From: Phoronis australis
Taxonomy: Eukaryota > Animalia > Phoronida
Reading direction: 5' to 3'
DNA length: 64,000 nt
NCBI GenBank assembly: GCA_002633005.1
Contig: NMRA01000263.1
Coordinates: forward strand, 24,692-88,691
Shown here one piece after another: positions 24,330-38,100 of this stretch. Made by a program: the position numbers and the translations under genes. The notes below the pieces were generated by a model. The model made no database searches and had not been told where the DNA came from. It saw only the letters and a program-made list of their open reading frames with translations. The first letter of the stretch is position 1. The number at the start of each line of letters is the position of its first letter.

Positions 24330-26900
24330 CCTCGTCAGATGTAACTGATCACGCTTTGAATCTCTCGGCTTTATCTTCAGGCTGTCGAATTTGGCGAAAT
24401 CAGACAATTTTTGTCTGTTCGTCCAAAATAGAACACGACAGTATGTTAAGATGATGACATTTCTGTTGTACATCGCATAAACTAAGTAGCTAACGTATCT
24501 ATCACATAACGTATCACTGAAACCAAAAACAAAACTGATGCCCCACGACACAATTCTGAGGAAAGGAATGGCACGACCATTTGAATACACTTTTACAGTA
24601 ATCCCAACAGCATTAAAAGCACTTACATTTCCAGGGTGAACCCCAGTTTCACTAAACGTAATACCGTATCTATGAAAACAATTGGGTGACAAGTTGAATT
24701 TCGTACTTCAGAGACACTGCAGCTCTTTCTGTTAATATCTAAGAAATTAATGATTTTCTTTCCTGAATACGCAATGTTTTGACAATAAAAGCACAGTCCT
24801 TAACACGTTGTGAGAAAATATTTACAAACTACTCTTGACACACGACTCCTTGGTTTACCCATACACGGACAAAAATTGCGGACTGGACTTTCCCAATTAT
24901 ACATATGTCTACCATTTTCCTCTAGACTGTAAAACATGTTGTAAGCGGCCCTTGGATAACGTTTCTGTTGCATCTTCAAAATTTTAAACCAGTATTTAAC
25001 ACACCTAACAAAGTATCTCGTATATATAGGGTGCCTGCCACATACATCCAATACTGATGCGTGAGAGCAAGAACCGCCAAGTCCCTAGGTCCATTTACAA
25101 AATTTTTAATATTTTTTTCTAAACACTCGTATTCTTTAAAACCCCAAATCTCGAAACCATAACGCAGTGTTGGGTACAGCAATTTAACTGAAAGGCAAGT
25201 GATGGTAGCATATCGCGATATCTGCGCTGTAGTTTCAAAACACGTGATGCAGCTTTATTTGCTTGACAATAGCGAGTTTTTGTTGTTTCCCACCATGACA
25301 ATTTAGGTGTGATAAAACACTAAGGTATTTATAATGAGATAAAGCATCAACTTGTTGTTTATTATAAACATTTTTCATAGTGCTTTAAGGGACCTCCATT
25401 TCTAAATACAATTATTTTGGTTTTCTTTAAATTCACAGCCATACCCCATGAATCACAATAATCATTGAGACAATTCAACAAACGTTGCAACTTAGACGCT
25501 GTTAGAGAGCACAAAACCATGTTATCAGCATATAATAGTGAATTAATATTTGTAGCATGTTAATCTAAGTAGATAGTATTTACGTCCCTACGTAAATTGA
25601 GTTTATCTAAAAACTCATTGAGATACAAAACAAATAGCAGAGGGCTTACCATACAACCTTGACGAGTACCAATAGTGCAATTAAATAAGTCTTTTAAGCC
25701 ATCTCGTGTTAAAACACGTGATCTCAACTTGCTATACATTGATCGCAGAATTGATAACACATTACCATGAACACTAATTTGCATAAAGCTATGAAAAATA
25801 AGAATATGTGGTACTCGATCAAAAGCTTTTGAAAAGTCAATAAACGCACAATAGAACCTGCCACCTTTCTTGCTTATGGGATTCAGGCATATCGCATATA
25901 AACAAAATGTATGATCCACAGTCGCGTAATCTTTGCGGAACCCTGCTTGGGCTTCAAAAAGTTGACCATTACTTTCGGCCCAGCTATACAATCGGTTACT
26001 CAATTTTATATTAAAGAGATTCCCAATAGCCGACAGAAGCGTCCACGTTACCTTGTGTAAACAACGAAATTAAAAACGCATCACACCAAACGGGGGGATA
26101 GAAATCTGACTGGAAAATTGCATTGAACAACTTATGTAGAATTGGCAAAATGGATGATTTGGTATATTTTAACATTTCAAAAGTAATTCTATCAATACCA
26201 GCGGCCTTTTTATAGGGGAGCTGAACAGTAACACGTAATGTCTGCATTTAAACCATGTTGTATGATGTGGGTACACTTGCCACAGCAGTTATCATGACTA
26301 GTCTCCTATCGACGACAGTATTCATGAGTGAATCGCTAACAAGCACTTCTTGGTTTAACAGACTCTTAAAATAATCATGCCATTTTTGGTGAAATGGACG
26401 TGGTTCCGCACCTCGGAGGTTGTGGACTAATAAATTTGATCATTTCCAAAATTCTTTTGGGTTGTTCTATTCTTGGCGATACTTTCCAGTAACTGAGCTT
26501 CATAATTTTTCTCTTGTTGTCTAAATAATTCACGGAATTGTTTTCTTTTTAATTTATAATTTCCCATGTTTGGCAGGAATGTATAACAACGAGATCGACT
26601 TCAGGATTCACGTTGAGCATTTTTGGCAGATTCTAATTTTATCCCACCGCATGGGTTGACTTGGTTTCTTGTATTTACTGTTATCCAGTGAACGACTCGT
26701 TTTTATGATTAGAAAATGTCAAAGCGGCCTGAAAATATAGATCTGAGATACACTGAACCGCCTTGTCTACATCACTTTGAGTTACGTCCAGTCGTGAAAT
26801 TCGACTGAAAACTCCCTGCGAGTATTCAACTCTTTTCTTACTATCCCACTTAATACTATTATGCAAGCGTAACACATGTGACGTTTGGTTTATATGACAA
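24330..26900 (-). mobile_element. Decayed non-LTR retrotransposon ORF2, RTEX-like RT
   Basis: ORF fragments KKAAGIDRITFEML, EAQAGFRK, AFIDFSKAFDRVPH, GTRQGCMVSPLLF, LLYADN (~25520-25540), LRYGFEIWG, CVKYWFKILKM; frameshifted. Clade assignment from recalled motif similarity. Confidence 0.85.
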
Positions 26901-27454
26901 ATCAACTCGCCAAACGTAAAGTGTTTTTGTTAAAAACGGCAGTTGTTTTCGTTTTTGTTGCATTACGCAAAAACATGGCCTTTATATCAAAAATCTTAAT
27001 AGCTTTTTCGAGATTGATGATTACATGTAAATATTAAGTTTGGAGAGTTTCTGCGAAATCAACCCAACTGTTTTCGAGAATTTGTGTTCCTAAGTTCAAA
27101 TTAAGTCAAAAATCGCTTAAAAGCCGATTAAAAGAGAATTCCACCCGATTTAATTAGTCTTTTTACCGTCTTAATCCGTCTATCTCCACATTGTCTCGCA
27201 TACGGTCGACCTTACCTTGCCGAGAGGTGTCGAGTTAATCTGTAAGGAAGGTGAGAAACGACACAGCGACGTCAGTGGTTCATTTGCAGAGTGAATGCCG
27301 TTATGTTGCGGTGTATCGCTCCCGCTTGCTGAACTATGCAGGTGCGAGGAAAGCGGGTATATCGTTATTTCGACTTCCTCGAGAGTCCGAAATGCTTAGA
27401 AAGTGGCTCGAGGTAGTGAAGAATGAAAAGTACGCTGTTGATAGCAAGTATGAG

Positions 27455-29883
27455 AAAATTCAGTCTTGGTTAAATGTAAATGGACTGGTTTTAAATGCAA
27501 CTAAAACAAAATTCATGGTTTTTCATAAACCCCCAAAACGTATTGATGATTTTCATTTAAAGTTAAATAATTTGGAAATTGAAAGAGTTCTTTCTTTCAA
27601 TTTACTTGGTGTTACCATCAACAAAAACTTGTTATGGAGTCCACACATAAACAATTTGTTGAGAAAGATAAGCAGATTCTGTGGTGTTCTTAATAACATA
27701 AACATTTCTTGCCCTTTGAAACTTTGAAAACTATATATAATGGCCTTGTCCTTCCTCATTTGAATTATGGCATTCTGCTATGGGGGGTGAACATCATAGA
27801 ATATTCAAATTACAGAAAAAAAAGTTATTCGCACTATTACAGTACAGCCACTGAATTGTTAGACTCTCTCCGGTGTCTCTCCGGTCTAGCCACCCGTGAC
27901 CGTAACCGGAGAACGACCGGAGAGTGAGGCGTGAATCAACCGTGACAGCTGGCGTGAGCCTAAGCGTGACTGTACCCGGAGCTTACCGTGAGTTAGACGT
28001 GAGTTTACCTGCATCGCAGATGATAAAGTGATTTATTAAAATTACATCAGTAACTAGCAGTGATGTATGTATTTTCATAGACTTTTGCTCATGTGAGATT
28101 TATTTTTTTTGAAATCGTCACGTGCAGTAAAAGACCAAAATTTCCGTCTCAAATCTTAAGTCATTTCAGAAAACAGACCTGTGGACTTTACTTTTCAGTT
28201 ATATATAAGTATTTGTTTTTATATAAACTAATAAAGAATCTTAAAACGCGTGTACACGGCGGAATTATTCAATTGCCTTCACGATATGAAGGAGCATGGC
28301 ATGTCAATTTTGAGCACATTGATCCCAAGTTCCGGCATCATGCGGAGAAAACTGATCACGCCCATGCACTTGACGAGTCAAACAGATGACCGCTATTATT
28401 ATTTTAGTGAAGAAGTAGCCCGGGGATGCTGTGTACTCAGTCGAAACACATGTACTACGGGGAGAGAGCTACAAATAATTGAACTGCACAACGGATTCAG
28501 GACTTTTAAGTCGAAACATTTACTTGCAGTAAGGGATGGGTATGTCAGAAGGGCGGCCTATTGAAATTTTCTGTACGTCATTGCGGTGCAAAAATTTACG
28601 GAGTGACACAATACTTCACAAGATGCGTAGCCTATTTTTAAGGCGAATTAACTATATCCACCTGTGACAAGTTTCAAGGAGTCCGCGGCCATGTGGAGAT
28701 GACTCTGGGCACAGGGTCGCGTTTATTCGTATTTACTAACCGTAGTTACTGTAGATGTTTGTCGTTGATGGGACTGGCTCTTAAGTCGTAAATGGAACTT
28801 GTACATGTAACTGTAACACAAGACGAGCTGAAGAAAGACGTTTGTATGAACAACACGTGGAATTACACAGTTAGTCAGAACCCAAGTGTGATAGATGACC
28901 GCTTGCAAAGATACTCTATAATATACTATAATGTCTTTGCAACTTGACCGAAACGACAGGCAATCAAGACGTTACATGTATTTTTACTGATTAGCCTGGT
29001 GCCCTATCATGGTTAAAACAGCTACCGAAGGCGTGAAGAAAGCGTGAGGTAAGCGTGACGGAGGCGCGACAAAAACGTGAACGAGGCGTGAGGAAGGCGT
29101 TAACTAAACCGGAGGTAAGCGTGAGGACTACCCGGAGAGTAGGCGTGAGGCGACCGTGACTGATTTCTGTCACGCCTGTGTTCCGGTTGCGCTCCGGTCT
29201 GGCCAGGCGTGAGGTAGAACGGACGAAGTCTAAAAATTCAGTGGCTGTACTGTACCTCTAGTCATTTTAATGCCCATACAGATCCTTTATTTAAGACTAC
29301 ACAGTTACTCAAAATAAAGGACTTGTATGTTGTTGCTATTATTAATTTTTTCTACAAATATGTTCATAATTACTAACCTTCATTTTTAAAACGTTCAATT
29401 TAATAACTCGTGGGTCTGTTCATGAACATTACACAAGGCACCGACATCTTTTACATACTCCCCGCTGTACTAAATCATTTGCTGAAGATTCAATTCGAAA
29501 TGCCCTACCTCATATCATTAATAACCTTCCTGAAAGTGTCTCCCAAAAACTTTTTACCCATTCGATATCCTCTGTTATAAATTATTTTAAGAATGTTTGT
29601 TTTAAAAATTATGAACTTGAGTGCACTATTCCCAACTGCTTTGTGTGTAACTATTTTCGATAATCTCTCCCAGTCTTTACACAAGTAGTTTTAAAGTACA
29701 TTATCACCTAATTTTTATAGTTCTGCTTATCTGTAACGCTGTATTTTTTCTTTCTTATTCTCTGGTGGCTCCGTGGTCAGCGGACCTCTCGGGTCCTGGA
29801 GTCTCCATAAGCATTAATCTCTATCAACTGTATTTTTTGTTTTTTGACTTAAAGTGAATAAAGTGTTTTACTACTATTACTAC
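27455..29883 (+). mobile_element. 5'-truncated CR1/L2-type LINE inserted in the THAP ORF
   Basis: SWLNVNGLVLNATKTKFMVF, LGVTINKNLLWSPHI, PHLNYGILLWG, IRTI|TSSHFNAHTDPLFK; ends in aataaa plus (tac/tat)n tail; apparent TSD tatgag at 27449-27454 and 29884-29889. Confidence 0.85.
27840..29252. mobile_element. Non-autonomous TIR element with TA target duplication (Tc1/mariner-type) nested in the LINE
   Basis: TA|cagtacagccactgaattgttagact ... agtctaaaaattcagtggctgtactg|TA (25/26 inverted match); removal restores the LINE reading frame IRTITSSHF; subterminal (gcgtga)-rich repeats. Confidence 0.85.
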
Positions 29884-32830
29884 TATGAGGCCGTGAAACA
29901 TCCCCGGTGTCTATGGCCGGCAGTCGTCGACAGTGAATCTGACGAATGCCGGCTTACCAAAGAACTGTTCAATACATACGTTCCGTTGCCTGTGCATGTT
30001 CACGGCGCCTCTCTAGTATTTCTTGATCAGTGTATTCCGGTTCCAACTGATAGCTTGTGAAACTTAACGATCCACCTACAAAATCTTCGACGAATGAGCT
30101 CTCGTCTAAGTCGGAATTCCGAGTTGCCATGTTGACGTTTATTATTCAGCGTTCTTTTTCAAAGAGAATTATTCTCACCCTAACCAATGGTTATATAAAA
30201 CTGAAACAAAGTCTCTGTTTCATTAGATACAATTTGTTTCGTGAGTGCAAATGTTTTTTAGAAGCCAGCAATGAATAAACCACTGCGTTACGGGTTTCAG
30301 ATGCAAAAAAGGTAATTGACCGGGCACCGTGTGAGCGCATGCCAATTCAGTGTTTGCTGACGAAAGCTGTTGTGAAACAGTAACTCGATTTTATATGCCA
30401 TGTTCACATGTTAGAGGAATCTTTATTTATCCACATCATTGTTACTGTACAACTTTCGCCCTGACGGTTCTGTAAAAGGGCAACTTGACTTCGCGGCCCC
30501 CGACAAGTAAGTTGATTTGCAGTTTCGCGGCTAATTCACCAAAATAATTACATGCACATTATTTCACTAGTATAGTCTATTCGTGACTGGACTTTTAGTT
30601 TCCAACTTAAGCTGGTTTATGTTCGTGATGTTCAATCCCGGCGGCCGCGATTGACCAGATCGTGTTCCGAGGCACTGGCTGGGATAACAGGCATTTTGTG
30701 TATTTAGAGCTGAAAATATTACAAGTCAAAAAGTACAACACACAGATTTATCTTTCATGTCTGTATTTCACGGAAGAATGATTCAAATTTATTACTAAAC
30801 AGACCCCAAACTCCAGCGATCGACCATGATAAATTGGCCTACCGAACCTAGGAGTCTACACTCAGTCCTTGACCGAACTCTGTAGGCTAACGTACGTTCA
30901 AATACTTAAACAACACGTTTGTTCAAAGACTCGGTGTATTTGTAAAGCTTTTACATCGAAATTTGACGATTTACTAGTGTAAAACGATGCATTCAAGCGA
31001 TAATTTGACACCAGTAAGCGCGTTGTGAACGGCTGAACAGACTGCCTTCGAACCGATTACGTCATTGGTTAATTTCAACACCTCCGTCTGCCGTCAGATG
31101 TCCCGTAAAACAACTGGAACTTGCTGTTATCTAAATTGATACAAAATAGGTTGTTTTTTAGGTGGCATTCTCCTTTAAGTCGTGAGAGTGAAAGTCTCAA
31201 GGTCTTCAGTTAACTATTCTGTGAAAACTTCTTTGGCCAACCTATACACCACTTATTTCAACATTCACGACCAACTTCATTTGATTTTGCAGTGCGTAAT
31301 TAACACAATTATCTCGAAAAACGTTTAGTGGAATTCCAATGGGTGGAGTCCAACTGGGTCACGGGCGGAGCCAACGTATTAAGTGGGTCACGCTAATGTA
31401 CTTTGGTTCACTTAAAGTAGGTAAAGAGTTCATTGACACACCACGCGCTGGGATACTAATCCAAGAATAAAATGGCCTAATATGCAGTAAAATGTAACAA
31501 TTTTGTAAAATGAAACAAGTATTACATTTTACGTCATTGTTACATTTTACGTTACTGAGCCTCTTCTAAAATGTAAAAAGATGTTATAAGTCCGAAAAGA
31601 TGCACCGTGAGTAGAAGATCCTGGTTCGAGTCCCGGTCGAGGCAGAAATCTTTTTGGAATTATATTCATTAGGTCACGTGATGTGACCAAAAAGATGGCG
31701 AATTGAATGGGAAAAACTGCTTGCAACATATTCCACGCCTCACTGAATAAGATAAATTTATTCAAATGCCACTGCGCCTTTCTCTTTGTCACATTCTGTT
31801 TGCACAGCAATCGACTCCATGCTCTATGGTGGAAATAGCACCAAGATAATTTAATTGTTCACTGCAGCTAAACGCGTGTGCGAAACGTATTTTCATAAAA
31901 AGACCTGTACATTTGAACTCGAGGCATGGTAATAAAGTATGTACTTCGAGGTATTTCCACCATCATATTTGTGTACGGTGAAATAACTATAATAATGGCA
32001 TTCACAAAAAAATGAAATTCGATAAGGAAAACATCTTGATGACCATAGCAGATAATACTTAAAAAGTATTGATAACATCACATACATATATTTTACGTGA
32101 TATTTTTGTTTCCTAACTCAAGCATGTATCACCGGGGCAACTTCCAATATCTAGCGCAAACTGGCTAAAGGTGATTCCCTTGTACTAGCTGGTAACTGTG
32201 CTTTGCACGGGTTCCAGTTAGTATATTATATAGTCCGAGGACACGGGAGCGATGACCTATGTACAAAAGCGAGAAAATCCACAACCCAGTACTTAACTGC
32301 GTAGTGCATAATGCAGTGCTGGACATCCAACCTCAATCACAAATTTAGACTGCATGAACCAATGTTCCGATTTAGTAACCTCCGCAAGCCTGCATGTACT
32401 TCCACCACCTGCTCCTACCTCTTCAAGCGCCTATCCCTTTTCATAAATTATTGCCCATAAGTGGTCTTGTGATCTTGATCATGTGTTGGTATCTGGACCG
32501 GTTTATTCTTACAATTTCTTTTAGAATGCCGTATTGATCAGACTTTAAATCAAACACCACCAAAAATAGGATATCTGCTAATTTTCAGTTCGTACGTAGT
32601 CTGAATTAGCTGAGATAATCATTGCCTATGGCATTGTGATCAGGTTTTTTTCTCTGTTTAACAAGTAGAAATATTTTTGATTATTAAATTAGTTTATATA
32701 GAGGCTCTTACCTATTTGTTTATAAGCGCTTCTACCTTATTTTACCACTTGTGTGACCTACTTCTCATCAACAATTTATTACTCACTTGATCTCTTTGTT
32801 CGGAGAACGGTCACTGACATACTGGGAAGA

Positions 32831-32968
32831 GTTCAGTAACACTAGAACCTACGCTAGGAACTCGCTAAACAGCAAGATTTCGTGAGATTACGTGAGATAT
32901 TGTCGTGTATTTTAAATGAAAACACGTGGTTTTGGCTAGATTTTTTAGCCGCGAGGCGGCTACTGAAC
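32831..32968 (+). mobile_element. ~150 bp MITE family, copy d (degenerate)
   Basis: gttcagtaacactagaacctacgctagg...gcaagatttcgtgagattacgtgag...ctactgaac. Confidence 0.65.
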
Positions 32969-33324
32969 TCTACCCCGGAATGCCCAGTACTGAACTTGAC
33001 CTGTGCACTGTTCTAGAGCTTGCAACCCCGAGAATAGCCGCGAGAGGGCATTGTGAATTTCCGGATACCTGCTCTACTGCGTTTTGAGCCTAATTTCGTG
33101 CTTCGTTTTCATTTTGTCATTTTGTTCATCAAGCGAGACTTTTGACGTGCGGTTCTAGACAACCACTTATTTCTCGACAAAATTTAATGAGCAAACCCTA
33201 CGATTTTATTGGTCATTCTTTATACACACCTGGACATGCGGCCCTGGCTAGATGCCAGGAATAGCCTGGTCCCGAGTGTCTTTTCAGCTCCACTGAGTCT
33301 TACGCAACCCGTAATTGCGTAACT

Positions 33325-34290
33325 AATTGACCTATCGCAACCTCCGCCCAAAGCGAAAAGCCATGAGACACCTGACAAACAAATAAGATATGTCAGAGGC
33401 AAATACAATGTCGCTAAACGACGTTCCTGGTTGAATCAATTTGTGTTTTTGCACTAAGTGAAAAGGCCTCAACAAAGACAACAGCCGATGCTTTTCAGTA
33501 GAGAATCGTATTTTTATGATGTGGGAATTTGTAAAGGCAACGATGAAAAAATAAGTGTTCGAGGATAAGTATTTCGAGGACAACGAAAATCCCAGAAACC
33601 CACGCGGCGTTCACCTTCACTGACAAATGACAAGGCAACTGATGCGCTATGGTCATGCAAAGCTGGCGAAGAACCTTAAAGTCGAATTTTCTTTACGATG
33701 CCATAGATTTCAGGATCTTTCGAACAAAGTCAAGTGAAGATGCACCGAATCGGATATTTTTTATTCTGCCGTCTGCTAAATTCCGCCAAACATTTGAAAA
33801 GTAGGCCAAAACTGGTGGAATTCCTTAATGCATGGAAATGGCCGTTATTGCGCCATTAAGACACTTATGTTAGGCCTACCTTCAGATGAACTTCGTATTT
33901 TTGTAGTTTCATTGCTTAAAGGTAGCTTTCATTTAATTTAAAACGTTGCATGATTACTAAGCTATGGTACGGCTAAAAACGATGTCAGGTCTGGTGTAGT
34001 GGCGAAAAATGGCTTTACAAAAATAACTCAAATTCTTTTTTAAAGAGTCATAAATCTAAATATTGAGGTTGAACAACTTCAAAATGAAAACTCTCTCTAA
34101 CTCTTCAGGAGAAGTTTTTCAACGGGTTCTCATCAAAAAGTAATTCAACTGTTTATTTTTGGGGACAACAGTTCGAATAAAGCTTTGAGTTCAGTAATCC
34201 AGTGCCTCTACCTGTGCCGATCGAATCTCAATTTGGGAGTCAGAGAAGTTTAGCTGAATAGCAAGAAACCTCTGCTAAGAAACAAAACGA
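33325..34290 (+). repeat. ~1 kb dispersed repeat (partner in intron 1 of copy 2), probably a non-autonomous DNA element
   Basis: Colinear with 40204-41305: aattgacctatcgcaa, gtaaaggcaacgatgaaaaa, ccttaaagtcgaattttct, gtctggtgtagtggcgaaaa, aaagtaattcaact, cctctgcta. Confidence 0.75.
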
Positions 34291-35169
34291 TTCTGTACAA
34301 ACGTCACTAATGACACAATCTATGTGAAACAAAATGCATTTAGTGTGTTTTTAAATCATTAAAGGTGCGCCTATAACCGGAGCACGTGCCGCCTGTGCCT
34401 ACTTGCGGAACTTTGGCGCATGTGCTTATATGCAGGACATTTGAGTAAAAAGTCTTGCAAAAAACGCCATGCGCCTAATTAAGGGGCTATATGGTAACTC
34501 GATTTCTGAGCAGTACTGTTATTTACCTGAACCCGTGAAACAGAATTTTAGAAATGAAAAAATTACCTAGTAAAAGAATCCAATCCAATACTTCGTGTTG
34601 CTGACAGCGTGCAGCGCACATGCCAAGAGCAGCGCTCTTTGCGGACTGTTTCTTCAACGGAATTTTGATAATTTAGATGTATTGGGCTAACCAGATAATC
34701 CTCACTCAAGTGTCGGCCCGTCAGATGATAAGGGGAAGTGCCTTTTCGTGCCACTTTACGTCAGCACGAGATCCCAGCACTGTAAAAAGGCGGATAACAA
34801 TTGTATTGAATATGGGTGTGAATGGAACACCATTCCGTGCGGGTGCCGTTCTCAGTTGTTTGATTTAAAAGGTTGTTCTGGCGGTACCGTAAACAAACGC
34901 AAGACAATAAGCCTGGCAGTTGTTTAAGTGTATCGGTCTCATGGGCCGCGCAGCACTGAAATAAGTGGGAGCTATGGCCCCCCAGCCCCTTGTGGTGTGC
35001 CGCCCAACTATGGGCTGTGTAGCACTGAAATAAGCCCCCCCCCCTATGGTGCGCAGGTCATGTGTCTGCTGTCTTTTCCCTCCCTCTCTGAAACAAATCC
35101 TACGCTAACATTTGGGGTTTTGTTAACCAAAGCCTTAGCCACACAGTGACTAACCCATCGATTCACAAA

Positions 35170-38100
35170 TGAGGCTATTCGGAAAATTTACATTAACTAG
35201 AGGGCGCGCGTGTACTAGTGGTGATAGATTAAGCAGCCTCGATATCGCGAGCCTTTCATATACATGGTGAAATGGCTTGAAGCCGTGCTAACTGAATCTG
35301 AGATTGCGTGAAAAGGGTGCTTCTATGAGAGGAAGTAAGCACGATCTTATACAAAGGTAAGGTTTGTGATTATTTTAACGATTATTCCATGTTTATTTTA
35401 CTGATGCTTGTTAACTGAGGTACTCACCGATGTCGACTTCGCGGCAGTCGCCAGTCGGGTTAATCTTTCTTTGTTGTGATATGTCACGATACTTGACGTT
35501 GCACTGGGGATCTTTTCGTACATCAAAGCAGTATTATTGTTTGGAATGATTTCTAACAGGTTTGTCACTGACACTTGCATCAATCAATGCTGAATGTTTA
35601 TGCTGTCAACTCTATATTGGTCAGCGAATTAAGATTACAATCCAAGCCCAATGGCAAAGGGTACGTGACAAATCTCCATTAGACTATTTGTTTACTCCCT
35701 CTCCTATTCTTCCGGAAATCTAATACACGTTAAAATAGAAATCTATCATGTCTGTTTTCACGTGACCTTTGGTTTTAGGTTTGAGAGCTTGTACCGTGCA
35801 GAGGAGATATGCATCGCTTCTGCATCGTCCCTGAATGGACAAAAATTGGTTTTAAGCATTTGACTGCAGCTAACCAGCAAGATCTTCCCATCCAGTGCAG
35901 ATCTGTTGTCAAAGCCTACTTTCTTTATCGGAGACAACGAACAAAACCTTTGAAAGGGAACAGCTATTTTTAAAGAAAGATATGTAAGTCGTTTTGTTAA
36001 TTTACTTATTCAGGTCCTCAGCGGGGGATTGGGATAAGGGGTTGGGGTTGTAAAATTTGGTGCAACTGAATGTGTGGAAATAACAGGTAATGGTGTCTGG
36101 TTGAAAGAGCATGGTGAGGTAATTCTTAACCTTCATGAACTTCCTTCAAGTTTATTTCATGAAACTGTTTTGCTATCAATTGTAAACCCATAAAAATATA
36201 TTACATTTTCTGAATTCTCAGTGACTGAATAGTCTTAACTCATGCCTTGAAATGTTGCAAGTCGTTTATAAATTCAAATGACTACCATTTTTTGAAAAAT
36301 GCATTTTTGATGGTGCCTTACGATTTGTAATTACTCTTAAACAACAAAAAGATTATCCATCATTTTTTTAAAATCTTCTTTTAGAAGAAAAATAAATGGT
36401 CTGAGAAACAGTTACCTCAGCCTTAGACTAGAAGTATGCTTGACAGACCCATGAATCTGTAATCGGAGTTTAAAATTGCTGAAGGTATCAAAAATAAAAA
36501 TGCTTGAAAATGGGTAACAAACGTTTGAAGTTGTCTCAAATAACTTGCATATTTTGCAGACAAGTGATGCGTTTAAAGAAATGTTATGGCTACGAATGAA
36601 AAATAAAGACGCAGGTTTATACAATACTTATTATATACATCCTTGCTTTCTGAAAATTGTAAATATTTAATTTTGTGTGGAATTGTAGAGCAGTCACCAT
36701 ATCATCTTTTTGAAAAACAGGGATAGCATTTTTTACCCAACCTGGAGTACTTAAATATTCAGATTTCAATATTTGTTCCAAGTTCAGTGACATTTTATGG
36801 CCACTTCAAGCCGCAACATAGACAAGCTTCGTTACTCCTTTCTCTTCCCACAGCATTTCCACACACCAGCAGTGCTGCATGCCACAATGTACAAGTCAGT
36901 GACCCTGGAGAAATGTGAATCGCAGTATTAAGTTACCATATGACAATGTGCCAGTGGATTGTTTGTGTATGAAGAGGAACTATATTTGACTGCTACACAA
37001 GTTAGCCATGTTGGTGAGGAGGCCCTTTCATAGGCATTAAGTCATGTGTGGACAATAGCTTATTTCCTTTCCTGGAAGAAACATGAGGGACTGAAGCTAA
37101 AGAAGACCTAGTGACACTCGAGTCAAGTGATATGCTGTTGTGTTCACTTTCCAAGGATCTAATTGTGGATGTTATTGAGGTTACATGAAGGAAAGACACG
37201 TGCCGAAACTGGACTTTTTACAAGCGTTTCTATAGACCATTGAAACTAGATCCCAGTGAAATGAAAACCGAAAGCATCTGGTATAAATACCTGCCCTTGA
37301 CATTAACTTTTTCTTTCAGAAGAAAGGCTTTATGCTAATGGTAAAAACTTTTCAATTTGGTACACATTATGGGGAAATGACATTCAGTGACTGCATCGAT
37401 TGTCTTATTGTCAGTAATGCCCGTTAATGTTACACTTTCATGATCGAATAAATTTTTCATCAACAGGCAAGTTTGTCACTAATTATTGAAACCACAATAT
37501 TTCTTCAGTTTTAAAGCCCCATACGGTGCAGTTGTGCTTATTCTTTATAAAGCTGAAATGATTACCGATTACGCTTACGAATTGTCCTTTTCCTGTTGAC
37601 CTATAGAAATGTACAGCGATCAAAATGAAGTATTCCCTTTGTTTGCATTTGATTTGTTTATGTGTATAATTATTTTTAGAGCTTTCTTAAGAAGGCCTTT
37701 GAACAATTTTAAGTTTTGTATTAACTTGTCTACAACAACAGTTCCACAAGCAAGAAAAGTATGTTTTCAAATGTAGCGAGCAGAATAAGAATCTGCTATG
37801 CAAAAGTTTCTAAAATAAAAAATTATCAGTGTATTTAAAAACAAAATGGCAAACTGAACAACCACATACACACAAAGAAACAACATTATTAAAAACAATT
37901 GTAATTTTCCCAATGCAATAGAGTCCATAATCAGGCATATCAAGGGCTGACTTTCTGAATTAGGATCAATTCTCTCATGTTATTGCTGAAGGATTGCTTT
38001 TCACTTTGTCCAAAGGTAAAATAAACGGTCAGGCGGCTGGTTTCAGTCGTTTTCTTTCACCTGTAACAGAATTGTCAGAGAAATATTAGCAAATTATTTA

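Larger units (their letters stand above)
27132..31174 (+). mobile_element. Kolobok-like DNA transposon relic with TTAA target duplication and decayed THAP domain
   Basis: TTAA (27128-27131)|aagagaattccacc ... ggtggcattctcct|TTAA (31175-31178), 12/14 inverted match; THAP-like MPLCCGV (ATG 27295) and GISLFRLPRESEMLRKWLEVV; a second left end at 56836. Confidence 0.7.

Noticed and set aside
27251-27727. Novel THAP-reverse transcriptase fusion protein
   Set aside because: Chance in-frame junction of a LINE inserted in a dead THAP ORF; both parts are truncated or frameshifted.
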